A DNA stretch of 64,000 nt from an uncultured Candidatus Saccharibacteria bacterium (GTDB lineage Bacteria; Patescibacteriota; Saccharimonadia; Saccharimonadales; Saccharimonadaceae), in contig CAUUYE010000001.1 of the NCBI GenBank assembly GCA_963549315.1, positions 54,163 to 118,162 of the forward strand, in the 5' to 3' direction. A program made the position numbers and the translations under genes. The notes under the pieces were generated by a model, which did not search any database, was not told the DNA's origin, and saw only the letters and a program-made list of their open reading frames with translations. This document shows positions 20,633 to 30,921 of the stretch, piece after piece (positions within the stretch are counted from its first letter, which is position 1; every line of letters starts with the position of its first letter).

Positions 20633-22255
20633 ATGATCCAATCAAATTTATCATCATTACTTAGTTCATTTAGCAAAAAACCTAGTCAAACGGTTCGCCC
20701 AACAGTCCCGTTACAATCGCCTAATGCCGTTTTTCGTTTTTTAAGCTACTATTTTGATCGCTCAACCCGTATCGCCTCTTTTGTTTATCAAGGAATTGAT
20801 AATATTATTTTCACGGAAAAAATCTATTTTGCACCTAAACCGAACGACCCTGGTGTCTTCAATATCCTTGATGATCCAGATTTAAATCAACTTTTAGACC
20901 AAGCGATGTTCCTTGCTTTTATCTTAATTGGCACTAGTTATTATAAGGCTCACCCCACAGCAAATATCCAGCTTGATCACCCAATCGATGAATTTCAGTC
21001 GCGTTTTTTCTCGACTGTATACCAAGAAGGTCTCAGTCAATACGCCTTTGAAAATCGCCTCAAACGCTCTAATTTAGCGACTTTTTATTCAACAAAATCC
21101 TTCCAAAACAAGCCACCTGTCTCTTATCGCGGACACGGAGTTTTAGCCCTACAGTCCGGTGGAAAAGATAGTCTTTTGGTTGCAGAATTACTAAATGAGC
21201 ATAAAATTGATTTTACCCCATGGTATATTTCCAGCAGTCCCGACCTTAGCCACCCCAACATCATTGATCATCTCGACGATAATTTCAACCACCAAAAAGC
21301 CAGTATTGTTTATCGTCAAATTGATCGTCCTCATCTAGAGCAAACTGGTGGTTTCAACGGACACGTACCTGTTACGTATATCGTGGAATCACTCGCCATC
21401 ATTCAAGCCATTCTCAATCACCAAAACATTATCCTAACAAGTATTGGACGAGAGGGGGAAGAGCCTCATGCAATGATTGGTGATCTACCCGTAAACCATC
21501 AGTGGTCTAAAACTTGGCAAGCCGAACAGCTCATGACAGAATATTTAGCAAGATATCTATCTCCGGATCTTCACGTTGGATCACCAATTAGACATTTTAG
21601 TGAACTTAGAGTAGCTGATTTATTCGTACAAAAATGTTGGCAAAAGTATGGTTACAGCTTCAGTTCATGTAATGAAGCAAACTACAAACAGAATAATCAC
21701 AACAACACTTTAAAATGGTGTGGACATTGTGCAAAGTGTGCTAATTCTTATCTGCTTTTTTGCCCTTTTATTCCGCCACAATACCTTCAATCATTATTCA
21801 ACGACAAAGATTTATTCCTTGATCCAAATTTAACCCAAATCTTTAAGGGATTACTTGGTGTTGGTGGGGTAATGAAGCCTTTTGAGTGTGTAGGCAGTAC
21901 AGATGAACTACGCTCAGCCTATCACCATCGTATGACTACCCCTAAAATACCATTGCCACAAAACCCCAATCAAACTAACTCGAACATCACTTACTGGCAG
22001 CCAGTCTACGCCAATCTTCCATTTTATGTTCCAGAAAGCAATTTTAATTATTTAGCAGAATCTGAAAATCAAGAGTTCTTCCGTAATTTCTTTACTCAAT
22101 ATACTGAAACAAAACCTGATTCCCAAAATACAACCACTATCAGCGAACAACAGAGACAAAACAACATAAAAGCTGATCGTATTCTCGCTCTCATTGAACG
22201 ACGCAAGCGTCTTGAACAACAAAAACGAACTAGTAAAAAGCCGCGCGAACTCTAA
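20633..22255 (+). CDS. murL: Probable UDP-MurNAc-L-Ala-L-Glu epimerase (MurL)
   Basis: PP-loop SGGKDS plus SYYKA, NGHVPVT, NHQWSK, FSSCN, WCGHCAKC and KPFECVG, recalled as MurL-family motifs; directly follows murD. Confidence 0.8.
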   Translation: MIQSNLSSLLSSFSKKPSQTVRPTVPLQSPNAVFRFLSYYFDRSTRIASFVYQGIDNIIFTEKIYFAPKPNDPGVFNILDDPDLNQLLDQAMFLAFILIGTSYYKAHPTANIQLDHPIDEFQSRFFSTVYQEGLSQYAFENRLKRSNLATFYSTKSFQNKPPVSYRGHGVLALQSGGKDSLLVAELLNEHKIDFTPWYISSSPDLSHPNIIDHLDDNFNHQKASIVYRQIDRPHLEQTGGFNGHVPVTYIVESLAIIQAILNHQNIILTSIGREGEEPHAMIGDLPVNHQWSKTWQAEQLMTEYLARYLSPDLHVGSPIRHFSELRVADLFVQKCWQKYGYSFSSCNEANYKQNNHNNTLKWCGHCAKCANSYLLFCPFIPPQYLQSLFNDKDLFLDPNLTQIFKGLLGVGGVMKPFECVGSTDELRSAYHHRMTTPKIPLPQNPNQTNSNITYWQPVYANLPFYVPESNFNYLAESENQEFFRNFFTQYTETKPDSQNTTTISEQQRQNNIKADRILALIERRKRLEQQKRTSKKPREL

Positions 22256-22345
22256 ATTACTCTAAAAAGTTCAGTCCATCCACGCTTATTTACTTTTTTG
22301 TGCTAACGCGATAGAATAAGCATAACAATTAACAGAATAAACATC

Positions 22346-22558
22346 ATGTCAAAAACAATTACAACAAAAAATAAAAAACAAGGTTCCAAAATCTCTAGTC
22401 CAAAAACCAAACAAATAATTTCCAAAAAGAAAATAGTAAAATCGATTAAACAAGAAGACCAAATGGCATATTTCTGGGGAGGATTAGGTATCGTTCTTTG
22501 TGCCGCTGCTGCCTTAATTATTCTCCTTTGGGGAGTAGGAGCAATGCTACAAAGATAA
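22346..22558 (+). CDS. Small basic protein with C-terminal TM
   Basis: 70 aa; Lys-rich N-terminus and one hydrophobic helix. Confidence 0.6.
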   Translation: MSKTITTKNKKQGSKISSPKTKQIISKKKIVKSIKQEDQMAYFWGGLGIVLCAAAALIILLWGVGAMLQR

Positions 22559-22567
22559 AAGGCAATT

Positions 22568-23230
22568 ATGAAATTTTATACAGTACGTCATGGACAAACG
22601 GATTGGAATACTCTTGGTATCAACCAAGGATGGACTGACACTGCCCTAAACGTTACAGGACAATTTCAGGCACTCAAGGTCCGCGATCAGCTCTGTCATG
22701 TACGCTTTAATGTTGCCTATTCATCACCACTTCAAAGAGCTGCCAAAACTTGTCAAATCATTCTCGGTCGCACTACGCCAGACAAGTCAATTTTCAAACA
22801 TTTGGATCTTGAAAGCTCAATTGAGTTAAATCATATTTATCAACAAGATTTTCAGGTAAACACAGATTGTTATATTCACTACTCAGAAGATCTCATTGAA
22901 CGAGGACTTGGAGTTTTCGAGGGAAAAGAAGGTTCACGTATCCATGAAATTAGCTGGAAAGATGGTTTTAACGCTGATCGCTTCAAGATGGAATCAGTTC
23001 CACACATGTTTCACAGAGTGAATCGTATCTTGTCCGAAATTCGTGCTGACGCCTTAACAAACTATGGCGAAAATGCAACCATACTAATAGTTTCTCACGC
23101 GGGTATTCTAAGAATCATTGACTATATACTTAGAGGTGGTACGGAAAAAGGTCTTTTCTATTCTCCGTTATATGATAGTGCAATTAATCTCCATCTTAAA
23201 AATTGTGATTATCAAATTTACGAACGTTAA
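22568..23230 (+). CDS. Histidine phosphatase family protein
   Basis: RHGQT, SSPLQRA, E...G.FEG, VSHAG. Confidence 0.9.
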   Translation: MKFYTVRHGQTDWNTLGINQGWTDTALNVTGQFQALKVRDQLCHVRFNVAYSSPLQRAAKTCQIILGRTTPDKSIFKHLDLESSIELNHIYQQDFQVNTDCYIHYSEDLIERGLGVFEGKEGSRIHEISWKDGFNADRFKMESVPHMFHRVNRILSEIRADALTNYGENATILIVSHAGILRIIDYILRGGTEKGLFYSPLYDSAINLHLKNCDYQIYER

Positions 23231-23292
23231 TCACTACTTTCTGTATTTTTTCTCTATAATTAATATTCTATGATAAAATAAGTACATCACAT

Positions 23293-23367
23293 TGGACCTT
23301 CGCCAAGTGGTAAGGCAACGGGTTTTGGTCCCGTCATTCGCAGGTTCGAGTCCTGCAGGTCCAGCCA
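23293..23367 (+). tRNA. tRNA-Gln(TTG)
   Basis: TGGACCT...AGGTCCA-G-CCA acceptor stem, ACGGG-TTTTGGT-CCCGT anticodon arm, GGTTCGAG T-loop. Confidence 0.95.
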
Positions 23368-23368
23368 C

Positions 23369-23412
23369 AAGAGCCTTTTGATAATTTTACGAGCTTATCA
23401 AAGGGCTTTTTT
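23369..23412 (+). terminator. Terminator after tRNA-Gln
   Basis: GCCTTTTGATAA...TTATCAAAAGGGC followed by a T-run. Confidence 0.75.
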
Positions 23413-23483
23413 GATCAAACCTATCATATTTTTACTTAGTCGTTTTCCACAATTAGAACTCTAAAGTCTGATATAATACCCCT

Positions 23484-24563
23484 ATGAATGAACTTGAAAA
23501 ACGCCTCTTTTCTTTAAAGACGGATCTCTCCTCAACTTGGCAAAAATTACAAATTGATCAAAAAATTAAACAACTAGAATCTCTAGAACAACAAATTTCT
23601 GAACCAGAATTATGGCAAAACCCTGAAAATGCCAAAAAGATTAACACTAGATTTAGTCAACTTAAATCCGAAATTGAACCTTGGCAAATTCTTAATATGC
23701 AGGTAACTGATCTAAAGGAAATTATTGAGTTGCACGAACCAGATCTTATCCCCGAAATAGCCGATCAACTCACTTCCATGGAAGAATCTTTCAAAAACCT
23801 CAAAAAAGCCCTACGTTTTACTGATCAACTTGATCATAAAAATGCAATTTTAAGAATTACCGCCGGTGTCGGTGGTACTGAAGCTATGGACTGGGCAGGC
23901 ATGTTAGAGCGAATGTATCTTCGATTTTTTGAAAAAAACCATTTTAAAGTCGAACTAATTGAACGTACGACGGGAGAGGAAGCTGGTATTAAAACGGCTG
24001 TCTACGAAATCACCGGTTCTTTTCCTTACGGTAATTTAAAATCGGAACACGGCACACATCGCCTAGTTCGACTCTCTCCGTTCAATGCCGACAATTTACG
24101 CCAAACTTCCTTCTCATTAGTCGAAATTTTACCAGTCTTAGACAGTGATGAGGACTACAAAATCAATGAAAAAGATCTCAGAATTGACACATATCATTCA
24201 AGTGGACATGGCGGTCAATCAGTAAATACCACGAATTCTGCCATTCGCATCACTCATCTCCCTACTAATACTGTCGTTACAATCCAAAGTGAGCGTTCAC
24301 AACTACAAAATCGCGAAAAAGCCATGGAAATCTTACGTGGAAAATTAATCAAAATGCAACAAGAGCAACAAGCCGCCTCGATTAATCAGTTACGTGCGGG
24401 TGAATCTGCAAAATGGGGGCAGCAAATTCGAAATTACATTCTACAACCCTATAAATTAGTAAAAGATACTCGCACGAAATATGAAGAAACCGATACTGAT
24501 GCTGTACTAGATGGTAAATTAGAAGGATTTATTAACGCCTACCTAGAATCTAAAATTTCATAA
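23484..24563 (+). CDS. prfB: Peptide chain release factor 2 (continuous ORF)
   Basis: GVGGTEAMDW, HRLVRLSPF (SPF), GGQ, WGQQIRNY.LQPY. Confidence 0.96.
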   Translation: MNELEKRLFSLKTDLSSTWQKLQIDQKIKQLESLEQQISEPELWQNPENAKKINTRFSQLKSEIEPWQILNMQVTDLKEIIELHEPDLIPEIADQLTSMEESFKNLKKALRFTDQLDHKNAILRITAGVGGTEAMDWAGMLERMYLRFFEKNHFKVELIERTTGEEAGIKTAVYEITGSFPYGNLKSEHGTHRLVRLSPFNADNLRQTSFSLVEILPVLDSDEDYKINEKDLRIDTYHSSGHGGQSVNTTNSAIRITHLPTNTVVTIQSERSQLQNREKAMEILRGKLIKMQQEQQAASINQLRAGESAKWGQQIRNYILQPYKLVKDTRTKYEETDTDAVLDGKLEGFINAYLESKIS

Positions 24564-24609
24564 ACCCCACACCTTTTACACTATTTTACGTTTATGCTAA
24601 AATGAAACC

Positions 24610-25500
24610 ATGATATTGTTTGACCATGTCACAAAGCACTATCACGGCGACAGTCGACCTGCTCTTGATAATATTTCTATGCACATTGCTGCTAATGAAT
24701 TTGTTTTTCTTGTTGGAAAATCCGGCGCAGGTAAGTCTACTCTCTTAAAAATGATCACTAAAGAAGAGACTCCTGATTCTGGTAAAATCGTAATTGGGGG
24801 AATTGACCTTGATTATGTTAAAAAGAAACACATCCCAAATTACCGTCGACGTATTGGCGTGGTTTTTCAAGATTATAAATTATTACCGACTCGCACGGTT
24901 TATGAAAATGTCGCCTTTGCCCTAGAAATTGCAGGCATGAGTAACCATGAGATTGAAAATACAGTGCCGAAAGTCCTTGACTTAGTTGGTCTATCTGACA
25001 AAGCCTACCGTTTCCCAGATAATCTATCTGGAGGAGAACGCCAACGTGTTTCTATCGCCCGCTCAGTAGCCAGACAACCGAAAATCCTCATCGCTGATGA
25101 ACCAACTGGCAATCTAGATGTCTTGACCTCCAAGGAAATCATTGATCTTCTACAAAAAATCAATGATTATGGAACAACTGTACTTGTTACTACTCATGAT
25201 GCAAGTATTGTTAATCTTCTTAAAAAACGTGTCATAACCATGAAGGATGGTAAAATTATTTCCGACCAGAAAGAACACGGAATTTATCGACTTGATGCTA
25301 ACAACGATGGTATTTCAAGATTACCTCATCCAGGTTATATGCGTACAACCTCTTATTTATCATCAGAAGGGATAACAGAGCACACAAATACACCGATCGA
25401 AGTTCGAATTGAAAGACAAACCGTAAGTACAACCAAACAATTCTCTAAATCTGAAGTAAGCGAACCTAAAACCACAAAACGTAGACGTTTAATTCAATAG
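24610..25500 (+). CDS. ftsE: Cell division ABC ATPase FtsE with C-terminal extension
   Basis: GKSGAGKS, VFQDYKLL, LSGGERQR, ADEPTGNLD; followed by ftsX. Confidence 0.93.
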   Translation: MILFDHVTKHYHGDSRPALDNISMHIAANEFVFLVGKSGAGKSTLLKMITKEETPDSGKIVIGGIDLDYVKKKHIPNYRRRIGVVFQDYKLLPTRTVYENVAFALEIAGMSNHEIENTVPKVLDLVGLSDKAYRFPDNLSGGERQRVSIARSVARQPKILIADEPTGNLDVLTSKEIIDLLQKINDYGTTVLVTTHDASIVNLLKKRVITMKDGKIISDQKEHGIYRLDANNDGISRLPHPGYMRTTSYLSSEGITEHTNTPIEVRIERQTVSTTKQFSKSEVSEPKTTKRRRLIQ

Positions 25501-25508
25501 GAAAAAAT

Positions 25509-26528
25509 ATGGCAAAAAAAACAAAAAACAATACACTTGATCGATTAAAAACTATGTCAAAAAATAGTCGTGGCAATTTAATGCGCAACAATTTACGTAT
25601 CCTAAAATATGGTGTCATTGGCTATGGTCGCAACATTTGGCTGTCCATCACTTCAACTTTCGTAATGACTCTCACTCTCATTCTTCTGTTCATTACAATC
25701 ATCGCTAGTATCATTCTTTCATCCACCGCTGACCGTATGCGAGATAAAATTGACATAACTATATTCTTCAGACCAGGGACTGAGATTTCTACCCTACAAG
25801 AAATGACCGACATCATAAAAAAAGATTCCAATGTTAAATCAGCTGAATATTCAACATCAGAACAAGAATATGAAAAATTTGTTGAAGAAACCAAGAAGAC
25901 AGGCGATGTTGCTTTGTTAGCCACTTTAAATGATGATGAAATGAAAGAGGTTATGTTAAAGTCGATGCAATCCACCATCCGCGTAAAAGTCTATAATACC
26001 GATCGACTTGATAATATTAAAGATATCGTAAACATGAACGCCACCTTCCGTGAAAATATTGATACAAAAAAAGAGCCGACTTACAACACTAACGATACAG
26101 CCATCGAGACCATCGCATCTTGGTCTAATATTGCCAAAACAGGTGGTTTTGCCTTATCCGGTATTTTCTTAATCATCTCCATTCTGGTCATTTTTAACAC
26201 CATTCGTATGGCAATCTATTCTCGTAGTGAAGAAATTTACATGGAAAAACTTGTTGGCGCTGACAACCATTTTGTTCGTGGTCCCTTCCTAGTCGAAGCC
26301 ATGATTTCTGGTATTCTCGCTGGAATCTTCTCAACCATCATTGGTTTCTTACTCTTCGGCTTTGCTGCACCAAAGTTAACTTCTTATGATATTGATATTA
26401 GTGAAATTAGTAAAGTCATTTATTCACCAAAAATGTGTTTGATCGCACTCTCACTTATCTTTCTTGGTATAATCATTGCCTTTTCTTCATCAAGGCTCGC
26501 CGTATCAAAATATTTAAAACGTGTCTAA
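25509..26528 (+). CDS. ftsX: Cell division permease FtsX
   Basis: NTIRMAIYSR.EEI..EKLVGA...FVRGPF..E; four TMs with a large extracellular loop. Confidence 0.92.
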   Translation: MAKKTKNNTLDRLKTMSKNSRGNLMRNNLRILKYGVIGYGRNIWLSITSTFVMTLTLILLFITIIASIILSSTADRMRDKIDITIFFRPGTEISTLQEMTDIIKKDSNVKSAEYSTSEQEYEKFVEETKKTGDVALLATLNDDEMKEVMLKSMQSTIRVKVYNTDRLDNIKDIVNMNATFRENIDTKKEPTYNTNDTAIETIASWSNIAKTGGFALSGIFLIISILVIFNTIRMAIYSRSEEIYMEKLVGADNHFVRGPFLVEAMISGILAGIFSTIIGFLLFGFAAPKLTSYDIDISEISKVIYSPKMCLIALSLIFLGIIIAFSSSRLAVSKYLKRV

Positions 26529-26562
26529 TTCAGTTCTAACAGGTTAAAACCACAGATAAAAA

Positions 26563-26591
26563 TTGACACATAAAAATTCTTATGCTAAAAT
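26563..26591 (+). promoter_or_regulatory. Sigma70 promoter of the CHAP hydrolase gene
   Basis: TTGACA-17 nt-TAAAAT with extended TG; RBS GAAAGGAGG downstream. Confidence 0.65.
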
Positions 26592-26629
26592 TTCAAACAG
26601 AGATAACGTCCTGAAAGGAGGTTACAAAT

Positions 26630-27844
26630 ATGGCAAAAATCAAAAAATCCAATAAAAAAACCAAAAATATTACAAAATCTAGATTTAAAAAATCAACTAT
26701 TTTTGCACTCATCATTACGTTAGCTATTAGTTCATTCCCAAGGATTTTCCACACCGAGAACAAAGCCTCAGCTATCGAAAACGAAGCCTACTGTACATCG
26801 AGCGCTTGTCGTGCAGCAAAAAAAGCAGAAAATGAAGCAACGACTAAAGCAAATGAAGCCTCAAAAGCGGCAACTACTTTGGAAGGAGAAGTTGAACGCT
26901 TACAACAAGAAATCGCCATGTACGAAGCTCGCATTAAAACAAATGAAGCAGAGGCAGAAGATTTAAAACAAAAGATTGAAGAAACTACAAAAAAATTAAA
27001 ATTACAACAGCAAGCTCTTGCAAATATGCTAATCAATTTACATTTCGAGGATGACGGTGATGCCATCATGATTCTTGCTGGCTCTAATTCGATTTCAGAT
27101 TTTGCTGAACGTCAATCACGTGCAGATACTGCCAAAAACCAAGTTACTCTTTCCGCACAAACAGTAAAATCCATAAAACAAGATCTTGAAAAGCAAAAGA
27201 CCGAAATCGAACGAGTAATCGCAGATCAACAAATTCAGCGAAAAGCGGTAGAAGATAAAAAAGCTGAGCAGCAAGAACTAATCTTAAAATATCGAGACAA
27301 TGCTGCAGCCTTTGCACTTGAAGCCGCGACTTCCCGAGAAGAAAAGATTAAGTTAATTAACCAAGAATACAAAGACCATCTATCAAAAATGAGGAACAGT
27401 GGTAATTTTGGTACAGTTGCCGATGGCTATAACAGCTATGAAGCCTTCATTGGCAATTATGGCTTCTCCTGCCCGCGCGATAATATCCGCGGCATACTTG
27501 ACACCTACTATACTTGCCAGTGTACAAGCTATGCTGCCTATAAGGCTGTCGAATACTGGGGTCCACACATCCGCGTCACCGGTTGGGGAAACGCCTACAG
27601 CTGGGCCGCTGCGGCTAGATCTCTTGGTTATCGTGTTGACCGTACGCCAAGTGCTCACTCCATTGCGCAGACTGCATCAGGAGCTTGGGGACACGTTATG
27701 TGGGTTGAATCAGTTAATGGTAATGGCACTATGAATATTTCTGAATATAATAACGTTTATTCATCAAGATCAGGACAATGGGGTGATTTCGGCTACCGTG
27801 TTGGCGTTAATCCATCTGGTTATTATTTTATCCATTTTGACTAA
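26630..27844 (+). CDS. PcsB/CwlO-like peptidoglycan hydrolase (coiled coil plus CHAP)
   Basis: Signal peptide, long coiled coil, QCTSYAA...WGNA.SW...GHVMWVE...SEYN CHAP motifs; downstream of ftsEX. Confidence 0.9.
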   Translation: MAKIKKSNKKTKNITKSRFKKSTIFALIITLAISSFPRIFHTENKASAIENEAYCTSSACRAAKKAENEATTKANEASKAATTLEGEVERLQQEIAMYEARIKTNEAEAEDLKQKIEETTKKLKLQQQALANMLINLHFEDDGDAIMILAGSNSISDFAERQSRADTAKNQVTLSAQTVKSIKQDLEKQKTEIERVIADQQIQRKAVEDKKAEQQELILKYRDNAAAFALEAATSREEKIKLINQEYKDHLSKMRNSGNFGTVADGYNSYEAFIGNYGFSCPRDNIRGILDTYYTCQCTSYAAYKAVEYWGPHIRVTGWGNAYSWAAAARSLGYRVDRTPSAHSIAQTASGAWGHVMWVESVNGNGTMNISEYNNVYSSRSGQWGDFGYRVGVNPSGYYFIHFD

Positions 27845-27879
27845 AAAATAAAACACTACGTCATGCTATAATCAATAGC

Positions 27880-29073
27880 ATGAAGAATAAACAAAAAAAT
27901 AGACAAATCAGCTTCGGTACTGGTATTGCTCTAAGTTTTTTCACACTAGTCATTGGATTTATCATTGGTGCAAATTGGAAAAACCTCTATCTACAATTCT
28001 CTCCATACATTAATCCTCATCAAAAAATTTCCAATACCATAAAATGGGATGAACTAAACGAAGTATATTCCCAAATCTCATCAAATTATGATGGAAGTAT
28101 TGACAAACAAAACATCATTGAGGGTGCAAAAAAAGGTCTTACTGCTTCGTTAGGCGACCCCTACACAGTGTATTTTAACGCCAAGGAAGCTGTTGAATTC
28201 AAGGCCAGTTTAAACGGCGAAATCAAAGAAGCGGGTGTAGGTATTGAAATGATTAAACAGGGCGATTATGTTGTAATTACAAGAACTTTACCAGATAATC
28301 CAGCAAGAAAAGCAGGAGTTCACGCTGGCGACATCATCTATGCAATTAATGATGAAGAAGTTTGGAATAAAGATGCCGACATTATTGCCAGCAAATTACG
28401 TGGAGCTTCCGGCGAAAAAGTCAAACTAACTGTTGCTCGTGATCGACAAAAAATTAGTTTCGAACTTGTACGAGAAAAAATTAACAATGTTTCTGCAGAT
28501 ATCTCCTATCAAGGTAAAACCGCCATCATTTCGGTCTATCGATTTAGCGAAGATACAGGAAATTTAGTCGAATCATTCACCAAAGAGTTTAAGAATAAAG
28601 GCATTAATAAAGTCATCTTAGATCTCCGCAATAATGGCGGTGGTTATGTTAAAGCCGCTCGTGATCTGTTGTCTCTTTGGCTAGATGGTGATAAGATCTT
28701 AACTCAAAAATCAGCTTCAACTGGTCAAACAATCACTTATGCTAAACGTGGCGAAGCAATTCTTAAAGATATCAAAACCGTCGTTCTCGTCAACAATGCG
28801 ACTGCCTCAGCTTCTGAAATAGTTGCAGGTGCACTCAAAGAGTACCATAAGGCAACAATCGTTGGCGTTAAAACCTATGGTAAAGGTGTCGTCCAAACCA
28901 TTCTGGAACTATCAGGCGGTTCACTTCTCAAAGTTACCACTGCACATTGGTATACTCCAAACGACCAAACTATCAACAAAACAGGTATAACCCCCGATAT
29001 CGAAATTGCCCGCTCATATAGTGATATTAATTCAGGTAAAGATCCACAAATGGATAAAGCTAAATCTCTCTAA
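27880..29073 (+). CDS. S41 C-terminal processing peptidase (CtpA-like)
   Basis: LGDPYT, PDZ, DLRNNGGG, TASASEI, TYGKG. Confidence 0.92.
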   Translation: MKNKQKNRQISFGTGIALSFFTLVIGFIIGANWKNLYLQFSPYINPHQKISNTIKWDELNEVYSQISSNYDGSIDKQNIIEGAKKGLTASLGDPYTVYFNAKEAVEFKASLNGEIKEAGVGIEMIKQGDYVVITRTLPDNPARKAGVHAGDIIYAINDEEVWNKDADIIASKLRGASGEKVKLTVARDRQKISFELVREKINNVSADISYQGKTAIISVYRFSEDTGNLVESFTKEFKNKGINKVILDLRNNGGGYVKAARDLLSLWLDGDKILTQKSASTGQTITYAKRGEAILKDIKTVVLVNNATASASEIVAGALKEYHKATIVGVKTYGKGVVQTILELSGGSLLKVTTAHWYTPNDQTINKTGITPDIEIARSYSDINSGKDPQMDKAKSL

Positions 29074-29202
29074 AAGCCTAAAATCTCTGACACTTTGTCC
29101 TCCTTGATATTAAAGTATCTTTTATCCACACTAGTACTGGAATAATCTCTGATACTTACGCCTTTCTTGACAATCCCTATCTTTATTACTAAAATAATAG
29201 TT

Positions 29203-29439
29203 ATGATAAAAGTGTATACTACACCAACTTGCATTTATTGCCACGCTTTAATGAATTGGTTAAACGAAGAGGGAATCAGTTATCAGGAAATTGATGCCAG
29301 CACCGTGCCAGGGATCACTTCAGTACCTGTTACAGTCATCACTGACCAAGAAGATAAAAATCCAGTACAAATTATTGGCTTTGATCGTGATGCTATTTCT
29401 GAGACTATCGCTCGTTACGACCTACGCAAAAACTCATAA
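29203..29439 (+). CDS. Glutaredoxin/NrdH-like redoxin
   Basis: VYTTPTCIYC, SVPV, IGFD; TTGACA/TAAAAT promoter just upstream of ATG 29203. Confidence 0.85.
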   Translation: MIKVYTTPTCIYCHALMNWLNEEGISYQEIDASTVPGITSVPVTVITDQEDKNPVQIIGFDRDAISETIARYDLRKNS

Positions 29440-29459
29440 TCTCTTTAATAAATTAGAAT

Positions 29460-30209
29460 ATGCATGATCAAAAAACTAAACCATCGCTTCTTTTTATCCA
29501 CGGTTTTCGTGGTAATCATCTTGGATTAGAAGAAGTTGTCAACCACTTTAAAGACTTAGGCTATTCAGTCTATTGTCCAGATATTCCTCCAGCCTACAAT
29601 ATGCAGAATGAGAATCTAAAAACTCTTGATGATTTCACTGCAGAAGGATACGCAACTTGGATTGCAAATTATATTTTAGAAAATAAACTTGATCAACCAA
29701 TTTTAATTGGACACTCGATGGGATCAATTATTGCCGCAGCTACTGCTTCTAAATATCCCAGCTTAATTAATGATCAAATTTTCTTTCTCTCACCAATTTC
29801 AGAGCATACACCACGTTTTATTCGTTTTATCATCCCGCTAATTGCCTTTATTCCTAATAAAATAGTTAGTTTTGTGGTTACTAAATATTTGATTGGAACT
29901 ATCGGTAAACCACATTTTAAATCAATACTCAAAATTACTAATCGTTGTGCTGCAAAATTCACCAGTAAAAGCGATGAAATCAAAGCTGCTAAATTTTCCG
30001 TACAGTACGCAATCTCTGACTTTAATTTTCAAAAAACCTGTTCCTTTATTGCTGGCAAAGAGGATCGTCTGAATCGTATGTCGCAAACTAAAAAAGTTGC
30101 TGCAGAGTTCCATGGTAAAACCACTTTCATTGCAAAAACGGGCCATTTAATAAACTATGAAGTTCCTGACGAACTATTTAAACTAATTTACCAAGAGCTT
30201 CCAAAATAA
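29460..30209 (+). CDS. Alpha/beta hydrolase
   Basis: FIHGF, GHSMG, G..D, GHL..YE. Confidence 0.88.
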   Translation: MHDQKTKPSLLFIHGFRGNHLGLEEVVNHFKDLGYSVYCPDIPPAYNMQNENLKTLDDFTAEGYATWIANYILENKLDQPILIGHSMGSIIAAATASKYPSLINDQIFFLSPISEHTPRFIRFIIPLIAFIPNKIVSFVVTKYLIGTIGKPHFKSILKITNRCAAKFTSKSDEIKAAKFSVQYAISDFNFQKTCSFIAGKEDRLNRMSQTKKVAAEFHGKTTFIAKTGHLINYEVPDELFKLIYQELPK

Positions 30210-30354
30210 TTTATATTTATTCAAAATTAGTTTCTCAAAATAGACTTTATTAATTCAAACCAGATTCTCAAAATAAGATTTTTCTATACTTCTATTTAAA
30301 TTCTTAAAAAGTAAATCCTCTTACCATTTTAGCTAAATCTTTAAAATCAGTCCT

Positions 30355-30921
30355 TTATTTTACCCACTTAATCAGATTCTTATACTCCACAGAATTCTTA
30401 TCATAAGTATCAAGAATGTCTTGAACATAGGTTTTTCCATTAGAGATATTTAATGTTTCTACATCTGGACACGACATCAATAACCGAATAATAGCTTCAT
30501 CAGTATCAAGGTTAGTCATAGACTTCTTTTCACCATTTACAAAAGAACTCACTCTCAGTTCTTTGTATACAAAACGCTTAATTCCAGCTTGTAAGCAATA
30601 TTTTAAGCAATTTTCACAAGTTGCCATCTTATTATATAAAGTACACCCCGTAAGATCACGTCCCGCAAAAATTAGTGCATTCATTTCTGAATGTATCGCA
30701 AAATAATATTTCATTGGTCGTTCACTCAAAGTCAATTTCGATTCATTTGCGCCTTGAATTGTGCCATTATAGCCAAAAGAAACCGGTCGCTTTCTTGCGT
30801 CAACGATCACGCAACCATTTTGCGACGATGGGTCTTTTGAACGTTTCGCCACCTCCTCAGCAATCCCCATAAAATATTGATCCCATTCAGGAATTTCTCT
30901 TGACAACCCATTACTACTCAT
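30355..30921 (-). CDS. dCMP deaminase (ComEB-like)
   Basis: WDQYFM, RSKDP, GYNG, HSE.NA, CENC. Confidence 0.88.
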   Translation of the reverse strand: MSSNGLSREIPEWDQYFMGIAEEVAKRSKDPSSQNGCVIVDARKRPVSFGYNGTIQGANESKLTLSERPMKYYFAIHSEMNALIFAGRDLTGCTLYNKMATCENCLKYCLQAGIKRFVYKELRVSSFVNGEKKSMTNLDTDEAIIRLLMSCPDVETLNISNGKTYVQDILDTYDKNSVEYKNLIKWVK

